A stretch of 63,331 bases of DNA, filler included, from Basidiobolus ranarum (GCA_040143965.1; 42 parts of 42 records of this genome joined end to end with filler, not necessarily neighbours in it); one strand, 5' to 3'; counted from the first letter of the whole stretch, positions 22,727-36,465 are shown. Notes: generated by a model from the letters alone, not told the origin. Numbers and translations: made by a program.

Positions 22727-24139
22727 GTGTCCATGGATTGGGCTTTGTTGCTGTTATTGTGTTCAAACAATGCAAAAACCCATGAGCACATTGAAAAGAG
22801 CCCTTTGTTGGAAGGTTCATATACTCTGGAGTCTCCTTAATCCATTGTATTACATCCATGACTGATTTTGCTGATATATTGTTAATCAGATTAGCATACA
22901 GTAATATTGACAATTTCACACAAAGCATCATTTCATCACAGGTGCGCTCCATAGGGAACTCCCAGAATATACAGCAAGGGCCTATAATCTCTAAGCATTG
23001 TGAAAGATGCAGCAGGGAATGTATTGAATACTGGCATAGATTCAGTCTATCTTCTTTTAACCTGGAATAGAGTTTTTCATATACAATTACAAAATATTTG
23101 CACAGTTGCTGTATCTGCCTGTGATCTGCCCATGTGAGTTGATGCTGTAAGAATATGTTAACAATATTGACAAACAATGCCCAATGTTGCCAATATTTAT
23201 CAGGCAGAAATCTTTTCAAGAATCCACTTGAATATATACAAATCCAATACTTCCAGTCTTTGTGTTTGAATAAATGGCTAGATGAGTGGATATTGTTGGG
23301 AGTCCTGGTAAAGTATGATGGTATCTTGATAATTTCAAGCATTTTCCAAATCAATTCCAACTGTGATACTATCTCAAATGGCTCATTCATATTGAATTTT
23401 TTATTATATAGCTGAGTAAGTAGTATTGGAATGTTGTCAAATGATAAGGGCATTTTGCCTAATGGGGAGCTCTGGCTCCAGCTGCTCCCATTTAGTAATA
23501 AAATCTTAGGCTTACAGCTAATACCAAGTTTGATATTAGACTGACTATTTGGTGAATTGCTATCAGTGATCATATTGAAATCTGAGCAGGCTCTTGATGG
23601 TAAAATCATGGAGTTTAGTGTTGTATTTGGATAGTAGTAATGTGTATGCCTGAAAGAGTAAACTGCATTGATTTGTCAAAATCTACAGCAAGATTGTGCA
23701 TTGAGCCTGCAAAAACCTCCAAGTTTACTGATGGCAGGTGTATCACCAATACATAAAATGATATTAGCTTTAATAAAGCATTTACCCATCTGAACCCCAT
23801 TAGATACCTGTTCTAATTCCACAATCAAAGGATCAAAGAAGCTACCTATCAGTACTGGTGAATTAGGTCCAGATATGATGGATAGTATCAAAATATTATG
23901 ACTCTTATACCATTCAGAAGGAGGAAGATTTAAGTTGATTAAAATTATTGGCCCGCAAGCCTTTCCAGCAGTATATTTGTTGAGTGAGAAACAATCCAGA
24001 GCCAATGCAAATACATGATTGTATGTGCTCTCAAAGAAACCTTGACTTTTCAGATTCTGGTAGGGATATCAATCAAGCATATTGGTAAAACCATCAGCTT
24101 AAGGTGAGTACTTTGGTTTTGGCTCAATGACCAATATTA
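22727..24139 (-). mobile_element. CMC/EnSpm-like transposase fragment
   Basis: PIILINLNLPP...IISGP...GDTPAISKLGGF...CRF; WEFPMERTC. Confidence 0.9.
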
Positions 24140-24239
24140 NNNNNNNNNNNNNNNNNNNNNNNNNNNNNNNNNNNNNNNNNNNNTTAATTAATTAANNNNN
24201 NNNNNNNNNNNNNNNNNNNNNNNNNNNNNNNNNNNNNNN

Positions 24240-24348
24240 TAAGTGATATTTGACTAAATAATGTTGATTAACTAATATGTGATATATGAAATAGTTAGGT
24301 GTATAAAGATAGGGATAACATATATGATAAAGACAATAAACTTCAACA
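24240..24348 (-). mobile_element. Copia family A LTR 5' end
   Basis: Ends CTTCAACA; inverted twin at 25541-25652. Confidence 0.85.
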
Positions 24349-25540
24349 CTGATGGTGGTATATCAGAAGTTGAAGAAGAAGAAAACAGTTTTGTTACAGA
24401 CTCTTTGTTATTGGCAAGCATTAGCCCACTCATAACACTTTCAGTAAAGGAAGCAGCTCTGATTATTGAGCTGTGGAGAGTTCAATCTAATCTTAGCAAC
24501 CATGTGTTTATTGGTTTTCTTACACTCTTACCACAGTTGATTGGCAACTGTTGCTTGCCACAAACCTGGTACAAGTGGAAAACACCTGTCAATTGTATGA
24601 CTTATAATCCTTTAGTAATAAAACTACCTTTGTGTCTGAATGATTGTGTGGCTTTCACTGGTGATCTGAAAAACCTGAAGTCATGTACTTTTTGCATGCA
24701 ATTGGCAATCACTGAATCAGGTAAATATTGTTCATATTTGGCTTACACACTGTTCTTTCCCCATCTTAAAGTTTTGATGAAATCACCCAAATATCAATCA
24801 TTGATCCAATACTAAAGTACTCATCTTAAAGCTGATGGTATTACTAATATACTTGATGGATATCACTACCAGAATCTGTAAAGTCAAGGTTTTTTGAGAA
24901 CATGTATGATCATGCATTTGCATTGGCTCTAGATGGTTTCATGCTAAACACATATACCATTGGAAAGGCTTGCTGGCCTATAATTTTAATTAACTTAAAT
25001 CTTCCACCTTCTGAACAGTATAAGAGTTATAATGTTTTGATAACATCCATCATATATGGACCTAAATCACCAGTGTTTATAGATAGCTACTTGGAGCCTT
25101 TGATTGTGGAATTTGAATGGTTATCTAAAGGGGTTCAGATTAGTGAATATTCTATTAAGCTAATATCATAGTATGTATTGGTGAAACTCCTGCCATTGGT
25201 AAACTTGGAGATTTTTGCCAGCACAATGCACTATCTTACTGTAGATTTTGTCAAATCAATGGAGTCTACTCAATCAGGCATATGCATTGCTACTATCCAA
25301 AGACAAAAGTAAACTCCATGATTTTACCATCAAGAGCCCATTGAGATTTTGACATAAACACTGATATCAATTCACCAAATAGTCAGTCTAACATCAAACT
25401 TGATATTAGCCATAAGCCCAAGATTATATTGCTAAAGGGGATCAGCTGGAGCCAGAGCTTCCCATTAGAGACTATGCATTTACTATTCAACAACATTCCA
25501 ATACCACTTACTAGGCTATATAGTGGAAAGTTCAATATGG
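24349..25540 (+). mobile_element. CMC transposase N-terminal/central fragment
   Basis: CLNDCVAFTG...CTFC zinc motif; ALALDGF...CWPIILINLNLPP. Confidence 0.9.
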
Positions 25541-25652
25541 GGTTGAAGTTTATTGTCTTTATCATATATGTTATCCCTATCTTTATACACCTAACTATTT
25601 CATATATCACATATTAGTTAGTCAACATCATTTAGTCAAATATCACTTAGCT
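25541..25652 (+). mobile_element. Copia family A LTR 5' end
   Basis: Near-identical inverted copy of 24240-24348. Confidence 0.85.
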
Positions 25653-25752
25653 NNNNNNNNNNNNNNNNNNNNNNNNNNNNNNNNNNNNNNNNNNNNTTAA
25701 TTAATTAANNNNNNNNNNNNNNNNNNNNNNNNNNNNNNNNNNNNNNNNNNNN

Positions 25753-26255
25753 TTTGTCATGGTGTCTCCCTGAATGTGGCCCACTAAACCAAATGATGTT
25801 TCCTTCCAAATCTGTCAAAGCTTGGAACTTTACACAGTGAGCTTTGTACTTGCCACAATAGAATAGCTTTTGGCTGCCCTCGGGCCTTTTAAATCTTGCA
25901 AAAAATGTGTCAAGAATACCACTGATGCAAAGTATGTTGGGAAATACTCCAGGAAACGGAAGGAAATTAGAGTATCCAAATCTTTTGTCCCGGGCACCAT
26001 TAACATCATTTATCGCTGATGATAGACAATTCTCAATTACTTGAAGCCTGGATTGGAAGCTTCTCCCACGTTTACTACCATTAACAGTGCACTGAAATCT
26101 GATTGGATTATTGTTTTTGTAGTAACAAAACAAATTGACTAGCTGCTTTCTAGTGGGTATTGGAGTACATGAGCCACAGTATTGCTCAAATATTGCTTGT
26201 AGGATGGTGATAGGAAAGCCAGTAGTTGCTTTATATTAACAAAGAATGAACATTT
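25753..26255 (-). mobile_element. PIF/Harbinger- or ISL2EU-like DDE transposase, N-terminal part
   Basis: YKATTGF...; GILDT...FYCGKYKAHCVKFQALTDLEGNIIWFSGPHSGRHHD resembles the DDE_Tnp_4 signature. Confidence 0.8.
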
Positions 26256-27265
26256 GGAGTAGATGAAGAGCATGATACTAATCTTATATTGAGCTAGTAC
26301 AATACTGATTGATCTGGTGCATGTTAGTAATTTATCTAAGAATTTTAATTATCATGGTCAGAATCCCTACATTCTGCATAATAAAATTTCTGTTTGCATT
26401 TATTATCCTAATTATTTCAATTACATGTAATTGCATGGATATTATATAATAGACTGCATCAGCAAAGTTAATCATAGTTTGATCTGAATCAATTTATTTA
26501 GCATGTATATCAAAATGGTTCAATGCAGAATGCATTATGCTTGATCACACTACAAGAAATTAATTTTGACATTATAACCAATAATATAAAAGATCCCTAA
26601 TTCTGATTGAAACCAACAAAGTCTAATATGATAGCTATATATGTTAGTTACATATCATGTCAAAACAGATTCTTACTGATTGACAACCAACTTTGGTACA
26701 GTGGGTGGCACAAAGCAACATGTGCCTAATGATTTTACAGATGCCCTGGTATCCACTATGAATTCTTGCTTGGATATATGAGAGTTATTGATTAACTTGA
26801 CGGAAGCTGGGGAAGGGGTCATTAGACAAAATTGGAAACTATCTTTTACTCTGCTTTAGAGAGAATACTATATCTTTATGCCCTCAGAAGTCTGCAAGAA
26901 AATAGGCAATAAGATGCATGAGGATAGAAAGTATGAATTGAGAAATTGGAATTTTGACTTTGAGTTCACAATGAAATAATCCCAATCATGTTTTTGCTTG
27001 CATGGACCAAAAGCAACCATTGCAGCCTCAGCTTTAGAGACAATAGCTGTTCTAAATAGCTATCTAGCATTACTCAATGAGACTTTGCAGCAACTGTTGG
27101 TAGAGGTAGCAGAGTTCAAAACAACATATCAGGATACTATGGCTAGTGTAATCAACAGAGGTGTANNNNNNNNNNNNNNNNNNNNNNNNNNNNNNNNNNN
27201 NNNNNNNNNTTAATTAATTAANNNNNNNNNNNNNNNNNNNNNNNNNNNNNNNNNNNNNNNNNNNN

Positions 27266-28677
27266 ATAAAGGTCAAAAGCACTTTAAGAAGAAAAGTAAC
27301 ACATTCTGTGATTACTGTAAAAGAACTGGCCATTTAAGCAAAGATTGCTTTAAAAGAATTGCAAAAGAAGAAAAACATACTGAATCTGGAAATGTGGTTA
27401 CAACAGAAGATCACTTGTTCATATCTGCTCTATCTATGACTACCAACAAGGATTCTTAGACATGATATATTGATTCTGGAGCTTCCCAACATTTCACAAA
27501 TGAAAAACATTGGTTTGTGGAATATGAAGAAATCCCAATTAGAAAGGTTTTCATGGGAGATGACTGCACATTGGATGCTATTGGAATGGGAACAATTCAA
27601 GTCAATTTAACTGGAGCTTCTGAAGAGAAAGTATATACTTTTAAGGATGTACTACATGTTCCAGATATTGCCAAGAATTTAATATCTGTATGCAAGGCCA
27701 TCTCAGAAGGGCTAAAATTCAATTTTGATAAGTCAGGATGCACCATCACTGATCAAAATGGGAATTATTTAGCTTTGGGAGAAAAGGATCAGAACTTATA
27801 CAAACTTACATATAATCCAAGAGGTTTATGTGTAAATATAAGTTATTCCAATCAAGAAACTATTCAATTATGGCATAAGAGATTTGGCCATATTGGATTT
27901 GATTATTTGAGCAAAATGATCAAAAATTGCCTAATTTCTGGAATTCAAATTAACCCCCCAACCAAAATGGAAATTTGTGAGGGTTGTATATATGGATAAC
28001 ATGCCAGGCAACAGTTCAAGAGCTCTGGTTTAATCAAATCTGTCAAAAAATTGGATCTAATTCATTCAGATTTGTGTGGACCTACACAAAATTTATCTTT
28101 AGGTGGGAAAAGATATTTAATCACATTTATTGATGATTATACAAGATACACTTGGGTCTACTTTATGGAAAGAAAAGAAGAAGCTCTCTCTATCTTTAGA
28201 GATTTAAAAACACTTGTGGAGACTGAAACTGGAACTAAAATCACAAAAATACATACTGATAATTGTGGAGAATACACTTCAACACTATTGAAGCACTTTT
28301 GAAAAGTTCATGGAATTAAGCAAAAAACTACTGCTCCCTATTCACCTCAACAAAATGGAGTTGCTGAAAGAGCTAACAGGACTACAATAGAAATAGCAAG
28401 ATCTGTGATAAATGCACAAAATTTATCTCATAACTTTTGTGCGGAATCTGTTGCTACTGCTGTAAATCTGAAGAATAGAAGTTTTACTAGCAGTCTGTCT
28501 AACTCTACACCATATCAAGCTTGGTTTGAAGTTAAACCTGATGTAAAACATTTGAGGATCTTTGGATGCATTGCTTATGCCAAAATTATGACCAAGAATC
28601 GGTCTAAATTTGATCCAAAAAGTAAGAAATGCATATTTCTGGGTTATTGTACTCCAACTAAGGCCACAGACTCGATG
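27266..28677 (+). mobile_element. Copia gag knuckle-protease-integrase fragment
   Basis: CDYCKRTGHLSKDC, YIDSGAS, LWHKRFGH and DLIHSDLCGP motifs. Confidence 0.97.
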
Positions 28678-28822
28678 NNNNNNNNNNNNNNNNNNNNNNN
28701 NNNNNNNNNNNNNNNNNNNNNTTAATTAATTAANNNNNNNNNNNNNNNNNNNNNNNNNNNNNNNNNNNNNNNNNNNNAATATCAAGGAGACAACAAAAGT
28801 AACAAAAGCAAATCAGCATGTA

Positions 28823-29032
28823 CTGCTTTAAACCTAGGCAACTGCTAAATACTCTTGTTAATACTTGCCATATCCTATCTTTACTGTTTAGCACATCATA
28901 CAAAAGCAATATGGATTGCAGTTAAATCTGCTTCAAACCTGGGCAACTGCTTAATGCTCTCTTTAATACTTACATTATCGTATCTTTACTCTTTACCACA
29001 TAATGAAAAGTTGACATGGAGCACAGTTAAAT
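28823..29032. repeat. Diverged tandem duplication, period about 105 bp
   Basis: ctgctt.aaacct.ggcaactgc at 28823 and 28928. Confidence 0.6.
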
Positions 29033-29610
29033 ATGGCATAAATTGCATTAGTTAGAGCAAAATTGCTTACATCTTTATGAAACACTGATAGTGTGATATT
29101 GTCATATATCAAAAAAATCAATGACAGCCCATTAATACAAGTGATTTCACTACAATTAAATGAAAAATGTCTGTCAATAAAAAGCTTGCACATATTTATT
29201 GGCTCAATATGGCTCAATCCATTCACAATCTCATCCAATTAGAAGCTTCCATGATTGAATGAATAATTCTGATCTAAAAATGATGAATCAAGCAATCCCA
29301 ATCACTGCCATCATATGGCAGATTGATCCATTGTCAAGTGCCACAATTTGTCACCCATGTGCCAGAACTACTGGTGTTTCATAGTGCAGGAGCTGTTGGG
29401 CCCAATTGAAAATCAGGATACTGTGTTTGTGAGGGACAAAGGATTGGCCTAAAAATATGTGAATGTCTCAGTTATATATTTGATTGGGTATGTTACAGTA
29501 TAAATTGCTTATTGTGACACATTCAGTAATTTGTAAGTTACAAACTAGGGGATGAACTTGCTTTGTCAGTTACCCAAAATATCAATTTGTCAATACTAAA
29601 TTGGGTAACT

Positions 29611-30188
29611 CCCTAACAAAAGTAAAAGCATTTTGATTTGGATTGGATCTACCCTCCAAAAGAGCAAAACTGTCAGAGAACCATGATACTATTGGTGGCT
29701 TGCATTCTGCCAGGGATTTTGATGGTGTGACTGCAGTTTTTTGATGGTATTTTGATGGTATTCAAACATATTAAAATATTGAGCCTCAAATTTGGCATGA
29801 ATTGTTCAAAATCTGGCATTTTTTGCAAAAATATAATTTTCAAATGGCCAATTACTGGGTTTACTGCTGTAGGAATTTGATATAATATGCATGGCTCTAT
29901 TTGGATATATTAGGTTATGTATTCCAGCCATAATGAGAATCAATCTATACAAGAATCTTGTTGTGTTTAGTCTCTACATATGCACATACTTGACTGATTA
30001 GACATAACTCAAAAACATCAATATGCTTTACCAGCAAACTAAAGGTGGAAAAATTTCTAATCATCTGAAATTTTGCAGAGCACTGACAATTGGCAAAAAG
30101 CTGACTCTTGTTACCGTTCACAATGAGAATAAGCTCTTGGATTTTGGCAAATTTCCGTAAAGAATTCAGCCAATATATCCCCGACTTG
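29611..30188 (-). mobile_element. CMC transposon terminus and transposase C-terminus
   Basis: Starts CCCTAACAAAAGT. Confidence 0.85.
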
Positions 30189-30288
30189 NNNNNNNNNNNN
30201 NNNNNNNNNNNNNNNNNNNNNNNNNNNNNNNNTTAATTAATTAANNNNNNNNNNNNNNNNNNNNNNNNNNNNNNNNNNNNNNNNNNNN

Positions 30289-31457
30289 GAACAATAAGTT
30301 AAGTCATTAAACTTATTCTCCTTAGCCTCTCTAATGAAGTGATGTTTAATAGGTTTATGTTTGCCTCTATTATGTAATGTGGGATTTTTAGCTAATTTGA
30401 TACTACTTTGATTGTCTTGAAATATTGTGGTTGAAGAATATTAAGAATAACCTTAATCTGCTAAGAGTTTTCTTAGCCATATTGCTTCTTTTGTTGCTTC
30501 ACAGGCAGCCATGTATTCTGCTTCTGTTGTTGAAAGTGCTATGGTGGGTTGTTGCTTTGAATTCCAAGAAATAGCCCCATTACAGCAAAAAAATAAGTAT
30601 CCTTTTATAGAACTTCTGTGCTCAATATATCTTCCCCTATTTACATCTGAATATCCCATCAGATCAAAGTTTGATCCAGAATATGTGTGCTTTAAGCACA
30701 GATCCACAGTACCTTTCAAATATCTGAAAATCTACTTAACTGCCTTAATTTGATCAGATCCATAATTTTGAAGATATTGGCACATAACTAGCAGAGAATT
30801 TGCAATATCTGGCCATGTTCCAACCAAGATATAAGACTTGTTCCATTGTGCCAGGATTTATTGGACCTTGGATCAATGTATTAGAGTAAATGTGATTGAA
30901 ATTGATCATGCCAGAGGGTGATGGATAGTGCCAAATTGTGCCACATAAATTTTAGAATACTTTATCCAATATGATATATAGAGCACAATCTGGCACTATC
31001 ACAGAGAACAAGTCCATACATCAAATTACTAACTATAGATTGATAAGGAAATTTCTGGGTTTCATTTGAGTCCAAGAACATCTGATTTGAGCCATTTTTG
31101 GCCGAGGTAGGATTTGCATCCATTGGGGTAGATACTGAATTACATTCTTCCATTTTGAACTTCTTGAGTATATCTACAATATGCTTAGACTGGTTTAAAG
31201 TTATTGTTTTGGTAGCTCTGTCTATCTTAATTTGGATTTCAAGAGAGTACATCTGTTCACCAAGATCAGTCATTTTGAATTGGACAGATAAGCTGGATAT
31301 GGTTTTCTCCAAAGTCTTCAAGTCATTGGTTGCTACAATAAGGTCTTCTACATATAAGGCCAATATAACTGGGTTTGTCTTATCTGGCCTGAAGTAGACA
31401 CCATAGTCAGATTTACTCTTTTGGAACTTGGGTGTTTCCAACAAAGCAATTCTAAGC
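30289..31457 (-). mobile_element. Copia RT-RNase H interrupted by a MITE
   Basis: LALYVEDL and ALSTTEAEYMAACEA motifs. Confidence 0.95.
30834..31015. mobile_element. Complete 182-bp Tourist-like MITE with 3-bp TSD ATA
   Basis: Termini AGACTTGTTC...GAACAAGTCC; removing it restores the Copia sequence gatatacatc. Confidence 0.9.
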
Positions 31458-31698
31458 TGTTGGAGGATCTTGACATAATGGGGGTAGACTTTGAGTATTA
31501 GAAGCAACTTATGACAGTGTGTTTCAGTTAGTTTATTCTTGGGAGTATATGGTGACTTATATAGTAGAAAAGTAAATCAATTGTTTGAGATATTCATGAG
31601 TTTGTGTAATAAGATATAATAGATAAGTGGGGGTAATAAGACATACTTGTTATATAGATATAGAGATATTCCTATTTAGAATATAGGGGCTATAGATA
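31458..31698 (-). mobile_element. Copia LTR family D (3' part)
   Basis: Matches 16345-16570. Confidence 0.85.
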
Positions 31699-31798
31699 NN
31701 NNNNNNNNNNNNNNNNNNNNNNNNNNNNNNNNNNNNNNNNNNTTAATTAATTAANNNNNNNNNNNNNNNNNNNNNNNNNNNNNNNNNNNNNNNNNNNN

Positions 31799-32131
31799 TT
31801 ATTGGTATTCTTACACTTTTATCATAGTTGATTGGCAACTGTTGCTTGCCACAGACCTAGTACAAGTGGAAAACACTTGTCAATTGTATGACTCATAATC
31901 CTTCAGTAATTAAACTACCTTCATGTCTAAATGGTTGTTTGGCTTTCACCTGTGATCTGAAAAACCTGAAGTCAGGTACTGTTTGCACACAACTGGCAAT
32001 CACTGACTCAGATAAATATTGTCATATTCCGCTTACATACCATTGATTCCCTGTCTTAAAGTTTTGATGAAATCACCCAAATATATATCATTGATCCAAT
32101 ACCAAAGTACTCACCATAGAGCTGATGGTAT
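31799..32131 (+). mobile_element. CMC transposase fragment
   Basis: Matches 24510-24845. Confidence 0.85.
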
Positions 32132-32509
32132 TATTGGGAAAATATGGGCTGTTTGGAGGAATTTTACAAAAGTAGAGTTGTGAATAGCTTTGTGAGATAA
32201 TTATTTATTGGCCAGAAATAAAGCATTTATACATTTTGGTGGAAATACAGAAAACTAACACTGGGGTTGTGCTCAGAACATCTGTGGGAGTAAAATGAGC
32301 TATATTTGGGGCAATTTGGATGAGTTTGAAATTTCCAATATGGAATTGCCAATTCTCACATTATGTGCATATATATACAATAAATGTTTCAATTTTCAGT
32401 TAAGTGATATTAAACTAAGTAATGCTAACTAACTTATATGTGATATATGAAGTAGTTAGGTGTATAAGGATAGAGATAACAAATATGTTAAAGACAATAA
32501 ACTTCAACA
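32132..32509 (-). mobile_element. Copia family A 3' LTR (378 bp), TG...TA termini, with PPT
   Basis: Sense TGTTGAAG...CCCAATA; preceded by the RNase H end and AGTTGAGTAGGAG. Confidence 0.92.
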
Positions 32510-32520
32510 CTCCTACTCAA

Positions 32521-33208
32521 CTAAATATTCATATATCTTAATTCTAAGTTAAATCATAATTCTTCAAATTTTATCTTGGGTAATGGTTTGGTAAGGATGT
32601 CAGCAATCATGTCCTCAGTTGGACAGTACTGTAGTTTGACATGCTTATTCTCAATAGCTTCCCTAACAAAGTCATGTTGAATGTCAATGTGCTTACTTTT
32701 AACATGAAATTTGGGATTTTTAGGTAAAGAAATACAACTTTGATTATCCTTGAAAATTATGGTGGGTGAGCTTTAAAAAATGCCCAAGTCATTAAACAGT
32801 TTCCTTAACCACATAGCCTCCTTTGTTGTATGTGATGCTTCCATGTATTCTGTATGATATATTTTGAGCCATATTTGGCCAATTTTCATCATTTTTGATG
32901 GGATGTTTAAATAGTTTCACACTTGGATCCATGGGAATTGTTACTGGCTTGCTATTCTCCATCCTGTAACATCTGAGAAAGTCTGAGATGTAATTAGATT
33001 GATTCAGAGTTATAGATTTGCCCAATATATCTGTATGGATCTGTGGACCCAAAAAATACATAAGCTCACCTAAATTGGTCTTCTTGAATTGGACTTACAG
33101 ATCTCTTTTGGTGTTCCTGAGAGCTTCATCATTATAGGTAGCTAGAATCAGATCATCTACATAAAAGGCAAGTATCACCTTACTGTCATTATTTGTCTTA
33201 AAGTATAT
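32521..33208 (-). mobile_element. Copia RT/RNase H with an internal deletion
   Basis: ALYVDDL region joined to EYMEASHTTKEA. Confidence 0.85.
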
Positions 33209-33308
33209 NNNNNNNNNNNNNNNNNNNNNNNNNNNNNNNNNNNNNNNNNNNNTTAATTAATTAANNNNNNNNNNNNNNNNNNNNNNNNNNNNNNNNNNNN
33301 NNNNNNNN

Positions 33309-34542
33309 AATAACCCACAATAAAAATAAAAGCAATTTGCTCTGGATTGGATCAACCCATCTGGATTGCAAAACCATCAGAGGAGCATTAGAGTATTAGT
33401 GTCTTGCATTCTGCCAGGGATTTTAATGGCAAGATGGTTGCATCTTGATGGTATTATGATGTCATCATACATAGTAAAGCATTGATGCTCATATTTGGCA
33501 TGCAGGGTTTAAATTCCAACAATTCTTGGAAAATACTATTTTTGAATGGCAATATACTGGGTTTACTGCTGTGAGATTTTGAATTAATGTGCATGTCTTT
33601 ATTTAGATACTTTAGGCTCTGTATTTGAGCCATAATTAGAAGCAAAAAAAACAAGATTCTTATTGTGTTCAGTCTTAACATATGCACATACTTGATTGGT
33701 CAGACACAATGCAACAATATCAATGGGCTTTACCAGCAAACTGATGGTGGAAAAATTGCTAAACATCTGAAATTTTGAATAGCGCTGATACTTTGCAAAT
33801 AGCTGACACTTTTCACCATTGACATTGAGAAAAAGCTCTTGGATTCTCATAAATTTCCATTGAGAATTCAGCCAAAATATCCCCAACTTGCTGTCAATTA
33901 AAGTCTTTCCATCATTATATATGTCATTGCGTTAATAGATTACCCCATGGCTAAAATGATAATACTGCATATTGTAATCTATCTCACCAAGAAGTCCATC
34001 TTGTAGCTGTCTTAGAAATATCATCAGAGTATCACACAAACAAATTAGTCCAATTATAGAGGTGCTTACTCTGAGTCCATGGATTGGGATTTGTTGCTAT
34101 AATTGTGCTCCAACAGTATGAAACTCTGTGAGCACATTGAAAAGAGCCCTTTATTAGAAGGTTAATAAAGGTTGGAGGCTTGTTGTTCCATATCAATATA
34201 TCCATCACCAATTTTGCAGATACACTTTTAATCAGATTAGCATACAGTACTACTGACAACTTCACATGAAGCATCATTTCAACAGGTGCACTCCATTGGG
34301 AACTCCCAGAATGTATAGCAAGGGCCTATAAACTCTAAGCATGGTGGAAGATGCAGTGGGGAAAATATCGAATACTGGCATATATTCAATCTATTTTCTT
34401 TAAACCTGTAATAAAGTTTTTCATGTCAAATTACAAAATCTTTGCACAGTTGCTATATCAGCCTGAAATCTGCCAAAGTGAGTGTATTTAATAAGTATAC
34501 ATTAGCAATATCCACAACCTGCTCCCAGTGCTGCCAATACTT
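33309..34542 (-). mobile_element. CMC transposase C-terminal part (diverged subfamily); LTR B inserted at 34543-34718
   Basis: Homologous to 4550-5760. Confidence 0.85.
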
Positions 34543-34818
34543 TGTTGAAATTAGGTAAATAGCAACTCATTATTTAGTAGTTAGTTTATTCATATTCTGC
34601 TTATTTGGCACTCAATTCTGTCATTCAAAAATGTGTGTTTATTGCTCTAATTAATAGAAATATCAATTCAATCACTTTTACCAATTTTCACTATTTTCTC
34701 AAAACCTCTCCAAATCATNNNNNNNNNNNNNNNNNNNNNNNNNNNNNNNNNNNNNNNNNNNNTTAATTAATTAANNNNNNNNNNNNNNNNNNNNNNNNNN
34801 NNNNNNNNNNNNNNNNNN

Positions 34819-36227
34819 TGTTTTTGCATCCATAGAGAAGTTTGATGGTGGGGACTTTAAACTTTGGAAGTTCAAGATGCAAATGGTGCTAGAAGACAAG
34901 GACCTTTGGGGATTTGTTACAGCAGAAGAAATAGAGCCATGGGGACCACCAGAAGTAATCATTGCCTTTCACCAGAAGCAGAGGAAAGCACTCTGTACAC
35001 TTTATCTACATCTCAGATATTCTCAATTGAGGCACATACAGTCAGCCAAATACATCCAAAATTTTTGGGAAACACTTGAGGGACTATATGAGACTAAAGG
35101 TATGGCTAATAGGTTGTATTGTAGGTGAAAATTTTTCTGAATTCAGATGAATCCTGGTAGTTCTATGCTTTATCATATGAATCAAATGAAAACTATGGCA
35201 GATCAGCTCTCATCCATTGGAGAACCTCTAAATGTAGATGACTTATTGATGAGACTACTTGGGAGCCTGACAGACAGGTTTGGTGCAAATTGAACATAAC
35301 TGTGACCTTACCAACTGAATCTAGTGCATGGTCATCACCTAAGTAGACCTTCCTTGTTTGGATTGATTTACACTGGAAAACCAATCTTTCTTGTTTGAAA
35401 TATGTTGGGAAACTCCTGATTCAATGTGCCACATTTCTGAGTCTTCTTTAGCAGTTACTGACAGGGCTGACACAAATAGATGCTCCCTATGGGTGCTTAC
35501 TTGATTTGTTTGTTCCTATTTTGGCTTTTTGGCAAAAATCCTTTTTTTGTAACATTTGATTAAATGGCTTGGTTACTTGCAATACTTGCAAATGACTGAT
35601 TTCCTTCTAGGTGCACCATTATTGAAGCCTGTTGGATGTTTTGCAGCTCCAAAAAATGCTTTTTCCACATTTTTTTCTGAGAATTAGATCTACTTGATTC
35701 CTCATTTAAAGGCCTAGCCAAAATATATTCCATTGTTAATGGCTCTGATCTTGATTCTGGGGCAATTATCAGGTTTGCAAACCTGTCTGGCAGGCTCCAA
35801 AGTAGCATCATGACTAAGTCATCTTATTTTAGAGATGCGCCAAAGGATGAGAGCTAATCCGCCATAGTTTTATCTGAATTATATGATTAGGCATAGAATC
35901 ATCAAAATTCATTTGAATTGAGAAATCTTTTTGCCCAAGGTATAGCCTATTAGTCAGACCTTTAGTCACATATAGTCCCTCAAGTGTTTCTCAAACATTT
36001 TAGAAATCTTTGGCTGAGTGTATATGCCTCATTTGACAGTCCCTGTGATATAGACAAAGAGTAGAGAGTGCTCTCCTCTGCTTCTTGTGAAAGGCAAGGA
36101 TAGCTTCTGGTGGTCCCTTTGGCTCTATTTCCTCTTCTGTAACAAATCCGCAAAGGTCCTTGTCTTCTAGCACTATTGGAATCTTGAAGTTGCAAAGGTG
36201 AAGGCCTTTACCAGCAAACTTCTCTGT
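34819..36227. mobile_element. Two convergent Copia family B gag copies (+ 34819-35285; - 35290-36227 including protease)
   Basis: MQMVLEDKDLWGFVT on both strands. Confidence 0.85.
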
Positions 36228-36465
36228 NNNNNNNNNNNNNNNNNNNNNNNNNNNNNNNNNNNNNNNNNNNNTTAATTAATTAANNNNNNNNNNNNNNNNN
36301 NNNNNNNNNNNNNNNNNNNNNNNNNNNGTGTTACTTTTCTTCTTAAAGTGCTTTTGACCTTGATAGGAAGGTTTCCCATAGTCTATTAAAGCATTTTCTT
36401 CATTCTTTTGGTTGGATCCTGATTTGTGTAAATCTTCATCCAGAAGTCTGCCAAATACATAATTT

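Noticed and set aside
26548-26559. CACTACAAGAAA, matching the start of the plant En/Spm TIR
   Set aside because: Single occurrence with no partner end or demonstrable junction; it differs from the TIR of the CMC family seen here.
28823-29032. 105-bp repeat as PPR-like 35-aa repeats
   Set aside because: The frames I translated contain stops and show no PPR consensus.
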